From Herminiimonas sp. (GTDB lineage Bacteria; Pseudomonadota; Gammaproteobacteria; Burkholderiales; Burkholderiaceae_D), in assembly GCA_028292265.1 (NCBI GenBank), contig JAQGMR010000017.1, positions 7,855 to 71,854 on the forward strand: a DNA stretch of 64,000 nucleotides, written 5' to 3'. Every line of letters starts with the position of its first letter. The first letter of the stretch is position 1. A model generated the notes under the pieces. That model was not told where the DNA came from. It was given only the letters and a program-made list of their open reading frames with translations, and searched no databases. Shown here in pieces: positions 51,254-60,678 of this stretch. The position numbers and the translations under genes are program-made.

Positions 51254-51393
51254 GGCTTATCTAGTTATAAACGGAACGTTCTTGCGACGCAGATGTATGG
51301 CGGTGAACTGTCTCGACGAGGTTGGCCTGGTTCGCAAGGACTTATCCTTCAGGGAAGAGCGGACGCCCCAAGCAACTAACCATTCCCCCAAAC

Positions 51394-51415
51394 AAAAAGC
51401 GCCCCGGAGGGCGCT
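51394..51415 (-). terminator. Rho-independent terminator downstream of tRNA-Ser
   Basis: The minus strand reads AGCGCCC-tccg-GGGCGCT followed by TTTTT. Confidence 0.7.
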
Positions 51416-51431
51416 TGATTGCTTGATTCAT

Positions 51432-51522
51432 TGGCGGAAAGGGTCGGATTCGAACCGACGGTACGGGAGACCCGTACACTGGATTTCGAGTCCAGCGCAT
51501 TCGACCACTCTGCCACCTTTCC
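51432..51522 (-). tRNA. tRNA-Ser (anticodon CGA), 91 nt including encoded CCA
   Basis: The cloverleaf was folded by hand. Acceptor GGAAAGG/CCTTTCC, D arm GCA...TGC, anticodon stem CTGGA/TCCAG with loop CTCGAAA, long variable arm GTACGGG-tct-CCCGTAC, T arm GTCGG-TTCGAAT-CCGAC, discriminator G, then CCA. Confidence 0.93.
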
Positions 51523-51702
51523 TGCTTCGGTCTTTCGCAACGCCAGGCGCTGGGAAGCGAAGGATTATAGCAGCGTCCTTCGCACGGCGGAACCCCGCTT
51601 TTGCATTTCGGTAAGTGGCTTGATTGGCGCCAAGGCTGCGCAGCCAGCCACGCCTTACCTGCTTCGGTCGCCCGCTCGTCCCCTGCCCCACCGCCCGCCA
51701 AA

Positions 51703-53235
<1,533 letters not shown>

Positions 53236-53290
53236 CTACTGCGATCAGGGCCCTGGAATGATCTCTCCGGCACGAGAAAGGAACAAAACG

Positions 53291-53722
53291 ATGACGATAG
53301 ACTGGATCCACTTCACCCCATGGCGGTCCTTGGCGGGAGGTGTCCTGATTGGACTGGCATCCGCCATGTTTGTCTTGCTGAATGGCCGTATCGCCGGCAT
53401 CAGCGGCATTCTTGGCGGCTTGTTGCGACCGCAGCGAGGCGACGTCTGGTGGCGGGTCGCGTTTCTGCTGGGGCTGGTTGGCGCACCAATCGTTTTCGCG
53501 GTGTTCGCGCCGCTTCCTGAGACTCGCACCGAAGCAGGCACCTTTGGCCTTATCGCCGCTGGCCTTCTGGTCGGAATCGGCACACGCTATGGCTCCGGAT
53601 GCACGTCAGGGCATGGTGTCTGCGGCCTTTCGCGTGGCTCGATGCGTTCGCTCGCTGCAACTGTCTCATTTATGGTCGCCGGCTTTGCGACGGTGTTTAT
53701 CGTGCGCCACGTGGTCGGCTAG
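53291..53722 (+). CDS. YeeE/YedE-family half-size sulfur-compound transport protein
   Basis: Track ORF trimmed to ATG 53291, which is preceded by AAGGA. It has four hydrophobic helices and the conserved Cys motif GSGCTSGHGVCG. Confidence 0.75.
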   Translation: MTIDWIHFTPWRSLAGGVLIGLASAMFVLLNGRIAGISGILGGLLRPQRGDVWWRVAFLLGLVGAPIVFAVFAPLPETRTEAGTFGLIAAGLLVGIGTRYGSGCTSGHGVCGLSRGSMRSLAATVSFMVAGFATVFIVRHVVG

Positions 53723-53732
53723 GGAGCATCTC

Positions 53733-54170
53733 ATGCAAATCGTGATGGCACTACTTTCTGGACTGGTGTTTGGCTTGGGCCTTGTCCTCTCGGGCATGAC
53801 CGATCCTTCCAAGGTTCTCGGCTTCCTTGATCTGGCCGGCGCGTGGGATCCGTCGCTTGCCTTCGTCATGGGCGGCGCAATCGTGGTCGGCTTTTTCGCG
53901 TTCCGCATTGCTGGCGGCCGGCCAAAGGCGCTTCTTGGTGACGCGATGCGATTGCCGACCGCAACGCAAATCGATCGCCGCCTTGTGGTGGGTGGCCTCG
54001 CCTTCGGCGTGGGTTGGGGACTCGGCGGGTTCTGTCCCGGTCCCGCGCTGGCATCGATCGGGATGGGCAATGGCAAGGCGCTGATTTTTGTTGCGGCGAT
54101 GGTCGGCGGCATGGCGATTTTTGAGTTGCTGGAGCGACGTCCTCGGCGGGCGCAAACTGCGTCGGCCTAG
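53733..54170 (+). CDS. Second YeeE/YedE-like half-size membrane protein
   Basis: ATG 53733 lies 11 nt after the previous stop. The sequence MQIVMALLSGLVFGLGLVLSGMTDPSKVLGFLD...GWGLGGFCPGPA carries the paired-partner signature. Confidence 0.75.
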   Translation: MQIVMALLSGLVFGLGLVLSGMTDPSKVLGFLDLAGAWDPSLAFVMGGAIVVGFFAFRIAGGRPKALLGDAMRLPTATQIDRRLVVGGLAFGVGWGLGGFCPGPALASIGMGNGKALIFVAAMVGGMAIFELLERRPRRAQTASA

Positions 54171-54313
54171 TATTGGCCTGCTATCGGCTTGGGATCGGCG
54201 TCGTATTGGCCTGGGGTTGGCCTGGTATTGACCCGCCATCTTCACGGTGCCGGCGTAGCGCCGGCGTGCCAGCGTCGTTGTATCGGCATGACATCGGCGT
54301 AGTATCGGTAACG
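54160..54313. repeat. Fourteen contiguous, degenerate 11-bp tandem repeats (core TYGGC), non-coding
   Basis: Aligned by hand: cgtcggcctag tattggcctgc tatcggcttgg gatcggcgtcg tattggcctgg ggttggcctgg tattgacccgc catcttcacgg tgccggcgtag cgccggcgtgc cagcgtcgttg tatcggcatga catcggcgtag tatcggtaacg. Positions 3-7 match T[CT]GGC perfectly in 8 units, with one mismatch in 4 and two mismatches in 2. Confidence 0.8.
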
Positions 54314-54456
54314 TCTGGCCTTGCAGCGGCCCGCCAAGCGTGCGTAGTACCACCGGCTCGATCAACTTATTAACCGGCGGTTGTACACCTTAAGCAGTGG
54401 GCGCGTATTCGCGCCGGGTCGCACCAAGGCCTTGCACTAACCGAAGGAAAGTGTCG

Positions 54457-55158
54457 ATGAATCTTAATCCTATCCAGCTGTTCGACGCCGAATCGTCGAC
54501 CTTCACCTACATCCTGCACGGACCCGGCAGCACTGACGCAGTCATCATCGACCCGGTCGATCGTAATTGCGAGCGCGACCTGCGCCAGATCGAGCGTCTC
54601 AACCTGCGCCTGGTCCTGGTGCTGGAAACCCATGCCCATGCCGATCACGTTACTTCCGCGGGCGCTTTGCACGCGAGAACCGGGGCTCGTACCGCGGCGC
54701 CGAGCGGCTGCGGCATCCTGCCGGCCGACGTGCAAATCATGGACGGCGACATCCTGGAGTTTGGCTTGAACGAGAAAATCGTGGCCCACCACACGCCAGG
54801 GCACACCGCCGGCAGCACCTGCTTCCTGTGGCGCGGCAACGTATTCTCTGGCGACACGCTGCTTATAGACGGCTGCGGCCGCACCGACTTCCAAAGCGGC
54901 AGTTCCGACGCGCTGTACGACAGCATTACAACAAAACTTTTCACGCTGCCCGACGACACGCTGGTATGGCCCGCGCATGACTACAAGGGCAACTCCGTGA
55001 GCACCATCGGTTGGGAAAAGGCCCACAACCAGAGACTTGCCCATCGGAACAAGCAAGACTTCATCGCGCTCATGGCAGACCTCAAACTGCCGCCGCCGAA
55101 GTTGCTGGACGTGGCGGTGGCGGCAAATCGCAATCTTGGATTGCCGCTTCACGGGTAA
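54457..55158 (+). CDS. MBL-fold persulfide dioxygenase (ETHE1/Blh-like)
   Basis: Track ORF trimmed to ATG 54457, which is preceded by GAAGGA. Motifs are THAHADHV (HxHxDH) and HTPGHTAGS. The size of 233 aa is typical of persulfide dioxygenases. Confidence 0.85.
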   Translation: MNLNPIQLFDAESSTFTYILHGPGSTDAVIIDPVDRNCERDLRQIERLNLRLVLVLETHAHADHVTSAGALHARTGARTAAPSGCGILPADVQIMDGDILEFGLNEKIVAHHTPGHTAGSTCFLWRGNVFSGDTLLIDGCGRTDFQSGSSDALYDSITTKLFTLPDDTLVWPAHDYKGNSVSTIGWEKAHNQRLAHRNKQDFIALMADLKLPPPKLLDVAVAANRNLGLPLHG

Positions 55159-55300
55159 GCCACTGTTTCGTCGCCCTGCCCCACGCTCGAAGCCGGCACA
55201 CCTTTCGCTTTTTACATGCCGAGCGAAATGACCGCTGATAGTGCAAAATGTCGGTGTGATGCTTTTTGCATGTGCAAGACAACAATCTGGAGAAGTAAGA

Positions 55301-55759
55301 ATGGATAACAAACGACGCCTGGTCTTACAGTCGCTTGGCGCGCTAGGACTGTTTGTGTCGCTCGGCTTGATTACAGAGCGCGAGGCATTTGCCGCGGCCG
55401 CCCGGCCCGGCTTCGACCAGACAACATTTGAAGGCGCGCTCAAGGCCATCGGCGCGACCAGTGCGGCCGATAGCAAGGACATCCAGTTGGTGTCCCCGGA
55501 CATCGCCGAGAATGGGGCGGTCGTCCCGATCGCGGTGACCAGTACCATTCCAAACACGGAACAGATCGTTATCCTGGTCGAGAACAATCCGAATCCGCTG
55601 TCAGCGAGTTTCACCATACCCGCGGGCACCTTGCCAAGCGTGCAGACCCGCGTGAAGATGGGTGGTACATCCAACGTTGTTGCTCTGGTCAAGGCAGACG
55701 GCAAGCTCTACAAAACGAGCCGCGAAACCAAGGTAACGCTCGGCGGTTGCGGCGGCTAG
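55301..55759 (+). CDS. soxY: Sulfur carrier protein SoxY
   Basis: Tat-like signal MDNKRRLVLQSLG and the diagnostic C-terminal GGCGG swinging-arm motif. The ATG is preceded by GGAGAA. Confidence 0.9.
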   Translation: MDNKRRLVLQSLGALGLFVSLGLITEREAFAAAARPGFDQTTFEGALKAIGATSAADSKDIQLVSPDIAENGAVVPIAVTSTIPNTEQIVILVENNPNPLSASFTIPAGTLPSVQTRVKMGGTSNVVALVKADGKLYKTSRETKVTLGGCGG

Positions 55760-55852
55760 ACCAGATGCTGAGAATGCGCCGGGCAGGCGCTCCTTGAGCC
55801 CAATGCAGCACAACCATCAGCGACACTCCCTGACACTTACAGGATTCAGATC

Positions 55853-56164
55853 ATGGCAGACCCGATGAAAATCCGTGCCAGCAATAACGGCACCGAAACC
55901 GAAGTACGCGTAATCATGTCGCACCCAATGGAAACCGGCCTGCGCAAGGATGCGGCCGGCGCCACCGTACCGGCGCACTTTATTCAGGACGTCGTTGCGA
56001 CCTGTAACGGCAAGACCGTTTTGGAATGTCAGTGGAGCCAGTCCGTCGCACAGAACCCGTACCTCGCATTCAAGTTCAAGGGCGGTGCTAAGGGCGACAA
56101 GGTCCAGATCGCCTGGACCGATAACCTCGGCGAGAAGCGTTCCGACGAAGCGACCATAGCGTAG
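55853..56164 (+). CDS. soxZ: SoxZ
   Basis: 103 aa. MKIRASNNGTETEVRVIMSHPMETGLRKD is the SoxZ signature. It lies directly downstream of soxY. Confidence 0.88.
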   Translation: MADPMKIRASNNGTETEVRVIMSHPMETGLRKDAAGATVPAHFIQDVVATCNGKTVLECQWSQSVAQNPYLAFKFKGGAKGDKVQIAWTDNLGEKRSDEATIA

Positions 56165-56214
56165 CGCGCCGCAAGGTAGCTGTGCCTTCCCGGCCAAAAC
56201 AAGACGGAGACATC

Positions 56215-57009
56215 ATGAAAAAAATATGGCTGCTGGCCCTTGCGCTGCTTTGCGCGACTGCGCACGCGCAGAGCACCAGCGACGAAATCGCGAAGTACCG
56301 CGAGATGCTGGCCGATGCCAACCCGGCAGACCTTTGGGAAGCGCGCGGCGAGGCGCTCTGGAAAGAGAAACGCGGCCCCAAAGCGGCTTCCCTCGAACGC
56401 TGCGATCTCGGGCTTGGCCCTGGTGTGGTCAAGGGCGCCTATGTCCGCCTGCCGCGCTACTTCGCGGACGTCAACAAGGTGCAAGACGTGGAACAGCGCC
56501 TGATCACGTGCATGACGACGCAGCAGGGCTTTAGCCTGGCTCAGGCCACGAAGCAGCCGTTCGGCGCGGGTGAAAAGAAGCGCTCTGACATGGAGGCGCT
56601 GGTTGCGTACATTGCGGGCGAATCGCGCGGCATGAAGATTCAGCCAGGTGTCACGCACGCCAAGGAAATCGAATCCTACGAAGTAGGCAAGAAAATCTTT
56701 TTCTTTCATGGCGGCCCCTACGACTTTTCTTGCGCGACCTGCCACTCGGCCAGCAACAAGCGGATCCGGCTGCAGGACCTGCCCAATCTAACTGAGACTG
56801 CCGAGGCACAGAAAATCTACGCGGCGTGGCCAGCCTATCGGGTCAGCCAAGGTGAAGTGCGGACAATGCAACACCGCTTGTACGACTGCTTCCGTCAGCA
56901 GCGATTCCCGGAGCCAGTCTACGGTTCAGACGCGATCACGGCATTGACGATGTACCTTGCAAAGCAGGCAGCGGGGGGCGATTTCAATGCTCCTGGCATG
57001 AAGCGATAG
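56215..57009 (+). CDS. soxA: Cytochrome c SoxA (single CxxCH form)
   Basis: Track ORF trimmed to ATG 56215 (MKKIWLLALALLCATAHA). It has heme motif CATCHS and the conserved distal Cys in RLYDCFRQQRF. Confidence 0.85.
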   Translation: MKKIWLLALALLCATAHAQSTSDEIAKYREMLADANPADLWEARGEALWKEKRGPKAASLERCDLGLGPGVVKGAYVRLPRYFADVNKVQDVEQRLITCMTTQQGFSLAQATKQPFGAGEKKRSDMEALVAYIAGESRGMKIQPGVTHAKEIESYEVGKKIFFFHGGPYDFSCATCHSASNKRIRLQDLPNLTETAEAQKIYAAWPAYRVSQGEVRTMQHRLYDCFRQQRFPEPVYGSDAITALTMYLAKQAAGGDFNAPGMKR

Positions 57010-57023
57010 ACCGGAGCCCAACC

Positions 57024-57656
57024 ATGAAAACCCCTCACCTTTATGGCGTCCTGTCCGCCGCGGCGATCGCCATCGCCTTTGCCGGATGCGCCAGCACCGG
57101 ATTCGCGTCCGCCGACTATGAAAAAGAGGCTATCGCATTAATGAAGTCCTCGTTCCAGGCGAACGGGCAGGCTGGCATGGACCGGCTGAACCAGGACGAC
57201 GTTCAGGCCTTGTGCAGCGCGGCCGAAGGCAAGCAACCGCCGAAAGAGCAAGCCGCCGCGATTGAAAAGGCGGAGCTTGCCATGGTCAAGTATCCGGCTG
57301 ACGGAAAATATATTGGCGATTTCGCCGCAGGAGAAAAGATAGCGCAAACCGGCGTTGGTCTCCAATGGAGCGACAAGCCGGACGCGCCGGCCGGCGGCAA
57401 CTGCTACGCCTGCCATCAACTGTCCAAAAAAGAACTCTCGTTCGGGAACATGGGCCCCTCGCTTTACCAGTACGGAAAATTGCGCGGCAACAGTGAGCAG
57501 GTCCTTAAATACACTTGGGCCAAGGTGTATGACGCAAAGGCCTACAACGCCTGCTCCAACATGCCGCGGTTCGGCCACAAGGGTATTCTGACTGAAGCGC
57601 AACTCAAGGACGTGATGGCGTTGCTGCTTGATCCAAAATCGCCGGTGAATCAATAG
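57024..57656 (+). CDS. soxX: Cytochrome c SoxX (long form)
   Basis: Signal with lipobox-like FAGCAS, and heme motif GGNCYACHQL followed by FGNMGPSL. Confidence 0.8.
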   Translation: MKTPHLYGVLSAAAIAIAFAGCASTGFASADYEKEAIALMKSSFQANGQAGMDRLNQDDVQALCSAAEGKQPPKEQAAAIEKAELAMVKYPADGKYIGDFAAGEKIAQTGVGLQWSDKPDAPAGGNCYACHQLSKKELSFGNMGPSLYQYGKLRGNSEQVLKYTWAKVYDAKAYNACSNMPRFGHKGILTEAQLKDVMALLLDPKSPVNQ

Positions 57657-57670
57657 GACTGGGCGAAGGG

Positions 57671-58222
57671 ATGAAGCGATTCTTGTCCATGCTGGGGATA
57701 GTGGCCATCGCAGGCCTTTTAAGCGCGCCGTCGTCTGCCCAGACTTCTGCCGACGTCAAGCCTCCGGTGCAGATCTGGGACCGTTGGACCGAGGCCGATG
57801 GCGACTTGACGGCAGCGTTAACCTGGCAAATGAAAGTGAAAGATGGCGTCACCGCGGATCAGGTGGAAGGCGCGCTCTCATCCGTGGCGATCGAAAAGAA
57901 TCTCAAGGCGGTCGGCGAACAGGCGCTGTCGAAGGAGCTTGAGGGGCGCACCGGCAAGAAGCAGCCTTTCCTCAAGATCTATTCGTATTGCAGCCCAGTC
58001 GTTGCGCGCGAGATGGTCGACTTCAATCCAGTCATGGCTGCCTTCCTGCCGTGCCGCATTGCCCTGGTTGAAAAAGCCGACGGGCTATGGCTGTACACCT
58101 TCAACATGGACGTCATTCTCAAGCTCGGCCGAAAGATGCCGCCGGAATTGTTGAAGCAGGCCATGCAAGTGCGCAATACCATTCGGGAAATGCTGGAGCG
58201 TGGGGCGAAGGGCGAGTTCTAG
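57671..58222 (+). CDS. DUF302 domain protein, secreted
   Basis: A signal peptide is present. FLKIYSYCSPVVAREMVDFNPVMAAFLPCRIALVEKADGLWLYTFN matches my recollection of DUF302. Confidence 0.72.
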   Translation: MKRFLSMLGIVAIAGLLSAPSSAQTSADVKPPVQIWDRWTEADGDLTAALTWQMKVKDGVTADQVEGALSSVAIEKNLKAVGEQALSKELEGRTGKKQPFLKIYSYCSPVVAREMVDFNPVMAAFLPCRIALVEKADGLWLYTFNMDVILKLGRKMPPELLKQAMQVRNTIREMLERGAKGEF

Positions 58223-58255
58223 CGGGTTCACCTGCCGTGCTGCGCGGGATCTGCT

Positions 58256-58711
58256 CTACGGGCGAATATACGCGTAGCCTTCCTGCTGTCGCTTCATGAT
58301 CTGGACCACTCCCGCCTTGACGAAACTGATTTTGGAAATCATGTCGTCACGCGTCAAGTGCATGTTCGTCATCGTGTTCTCGCAAGCGACCACTTCCACC
58401 CCGCTGGCCATCGCGTCCAACACGCGGTTGGCGATTTCCGCATCAGCTTTCAGCATGCCTATGCCGGGTCCATAAGCCACCAGTTCAATAACCACGTTTT
58501 GCTTGCCGAGGTCTTCCTGCACGTTGGCGGCATTGTTGAGCGCGAGGCTCCATTTTTTCGGATCGGCGTCACTGACCTGGAAGATCACCTTCTGCTTTTG
58601 CTGCGTGCCCGGCTTGGCAGCGCCTTGCGCCATGACGCCTTTCGCAAGGCCGGCGAATCCAAGCAGAGCGATCGCGGTAAAGCTTCGGCGTCCAATGCGG
58701 TTGTCTATCAT
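58256..58711 (-). CDS. DsrE/DsrF-like family protein with Tat signal
   Basis: Track ORF trimmed to ATG 58711, which is preceded by GGAGGG. It has the Tat motif IGRRSFTAIALLG and the core KVIFQVSDADPKKWSLALNNAANV...VACENTM. Confidence 0.75.
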   Translation of the reverse strand: MIDNRIGRRSFTAIALLGFAGLAKGVMAQGAAKPGTQQKQKVIFQVSDADPKKWSLALNNAANVQEDLGKQNVVIELVAYGPGIGMLKADAEIANRVLDAMASGVEVVACENTMTNMHLTRDDMISKISFVKAGVVQIMKRQQEGYAYIRP

Positions 58712-58938
58712 GAGGCCCTCCAAATTCCGGGGAAACGATTGGAAACAATGGGGGACAGACCACGGTTTCCCGGCAAGCGATGATGATAACAGCGGACTCG
58801 ATGGCTTGCCGCGTGCCGCCAACTGCGCTTGCAACGCGGGCTGAGGTAGTCTTGCGTTCCCCCCGTGGCACCCGAGAAAATGCGCCGGGAAAAAAACCAG
58901 CTTGCGGTGCGCAGAGCTCTGTAAACGCCAGAACGACC

Positions 58939-59220
58939 TTAACCGGCTGTCTTGTTGAGACTGGCGATTCGGCGAACGTGCCGGGCGACAGTCTCCTTCA
59001 CAAACCGGCCAGCGTTCAGGTCCGCCGTAGATTCCGCCAGCGCCGCTTCGAGCTCACATCTACGCAAGTATCGATATTGCTCTTCGCTCATCACCACATA
59101 CCTGACCACACCCCGAACGGTCACCGAAAGTTGGTCGTTCACCTGCAAAGCGTTGTGGATCGCACCCACGCCCCTGGTCTTAAGATCCGTAGCAGAAATC
59201 GTAGTCAAATCGCGCCCCAA
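58939..59220 (-). CDS. Phd/YefM-family antitoxin, apparently without a toxin partner
   Basis: 93 aa. ISATDLKTRGVGAIHNALQVNDQLSVTVRGVVRYVVMSEEQYRYL fits the Phd_YefM N-terminal fold pattern. Confidence 0.7.
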   Translation of the reverse strand: MGRDLTTISATDLKTRGVGAIHNALQVNDQLSVTVRGVVRYVVMSEEQYRYLRRCELEAALAESTADLNAGRFVKETVARHVRRIASLNKTAG

Positions 59221-59346
59221 GTAGCACTATCCCATTGCTTCAAAAGTACCCCAAATCTCGCATTTCTCCCAGAGCCTGGTACCGATTCGACGAAAATCGG
59301 CTCACTCAGGCCATGGTTCTTCGTCCTGTGCACATTAGCCGAAGAT

Positions 59347-60663
59347 CTATTTCTTCTCAGCGCCCCGCGCCAGACGATCAAGCGACCTGAGGTAATCCAG
59401 CTTCTCCGCTATCTTGCTTTCCAGGCCGCGCGGCACGGGCTTGTACCATCCCGGCTCGGGCATATCGTCGGGCAGATAGGTTTCGCCCGCGGCGTAGGCA
59501 TTGGGCTCGTCGTGGGCGTAGCGATATTCGTGGCCATAACCGAGCTCCTTCATCAGCCGTGTGGGCGCGTTGCGCAAGTGCACCGGCACCTCGCGTGACT
59601 TGTCCTTGCGCACAAACGCCATGGCCTGATTGAAGGCGTTGTAACCGGCATTACTCTTGGCTGCCATGGCGAGATAAATCACCGCCTGCCCCAATGCGAG
59701 CTCGCCCTCCGGAGAGCCCAGGCGTTCATAGGTTTCAGCAGCGTCATTGACGACTTGCGCGGCGCGCGGATCGGCCAGACCAATGTCTTCCCACGCCATG
59801 CGAACGATGCGGCGGGCAAGATAGCGCGGATCAGCGCCGCCGTCGATCATCCGGCAAAACCAGTACAGCGCCGCGTCCGGATGCGACCCACGCACCGACT
59901 TGTGCAGGGCCGAAATCTGATCGTAGAAATTGTCGCCGCCCTTGTCGAAGCGACGCGAGTTAAGCGTTAGCGCATTGTCGACAAAGGCGGCGTCGATATG
60001 GGTCACACCTGACGACGCTGCGGCGGTGTCGGTCTGCTCCAGCAGATTCAGAAGGCGACGCGCATCGCCATCGGCATGGCCGACCAGGGTGTTGATGGCG
60101 AGCTCGTCGAAGTCGAGATGCGGGAAGACAGCGGCGCGCGCCTTGTCGAGCAACTGCCGCAGCTCCTCATCGGCGAGCGACTTGAGCACATAGACCTGGG
60201 CCCGTGACAGCAACGCAGAATTGACTTCGAAGCTGGGATTTTCGGTTGTGGCGCCGATGAAGGTAACCAGGCCGGATTCGACAAATGGCAGCAGCGCATC
60301 CTGCTGCGATTTGTTGAAGCGATGGATCTCATCGACAAATAGCAGCGTCGATCTGCCATGCTGGTCGAGGTTCAACTGCGCCTGCTCCATGGCGGCGCGG
60401 ATGTCCTTGACGCCCGCGAAGACGGCCGAGAGGGCAATGAATTCGCTGTCGAAGGCATTGGCCATGAGCCGCGCCAGCGTGGTCTTTCCGACGCCAGGCG
60501 GCCCCCACAAGATCATGGAATGCGGCTTGCCGGCCTCGAAAGCCAGTCGCAGCGGCTTGCCTTCCCCAAGCAGATGGGATTGGCCGATGACTTCGGAAAG
60601 CGATTTTGGCCGCAAGGCTTCGGCCAGCGGTTGGCGCGGGGCAGTGTTGAACAGGTCAGCCAC
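59347..60663 (-). CDS. rarA: Replication-associated recombination protein A (AAA+ ATPase RarA/MgsA)
   Basis: Walker A GPPGVGKTTLARL, Walker B/sensor FVDEIHRFNKSQQDALLP, and a MgsA C-terminal domain. Confidence 0.93.
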   Translation of the reverse strand: MADLFNTAPRQPLAEALRPKSLSEVIGQSHLLGEGKPLRLAFEAGKPHSMILWGPPGVGKTTLARLMANAFDSEFIALSAVFAGVKDIRAAMEQAQLNLDQHGRSTLLFVDEIHRFNKSQQDALLPFVESGLVTFIGATTENPSFEVNSALLSRAQVYVLKSLADEELRQLLDKARAAVFPHLDFDELAINTLVGHADGDARRLLNLLEQTDTAAASSGVTHIDAAFVDNALTLNSRRFDKGGDNFYDQISALHKSVRGSHPDAALYWFCRMIDGGADPRYLARRIVRMAWEDIGLADPRAAQVVNDAAETYERLGSPEGELALGQAVIYLAMAAKSNAGYNAFNQAMAFVRKDKSREVPVHLRNAPTRLMKELGYGHEYRYAHDEPNAYAAGETYLPDDMPEPGWYKPVPRGLESKIAEKLDYLRSLDRLARGAEKK

Positions 60664-60678
60664 GGCGATGCCCCGGCA

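Noticed and set aside
44213-51431. A genomic island integrated at tRNA-Ser.
   Set aside because: There is no integrase or recombinase gene, and I could find no direct repeat of the tRNA 3' end by eye. A 9-nt match near 47390 is in the wrong orientation and at chance level. A computational repeat search would be needed.
54173-54373. 66-aa plus-strand ORF across the 11-bp repeat array.
   Set aside because: An 11-bp period cannot be a coding repeat. There is no RBS, and the product is low-complexity Gly/Trp/Ile noise.
54370-55704. 444-aa minus-strand ORF.
   Set aside because: It is antisense to the persulfide dioxygenase and soxY genes, both of which carry diagnostic motifs (HxHxDH, GGCGG).
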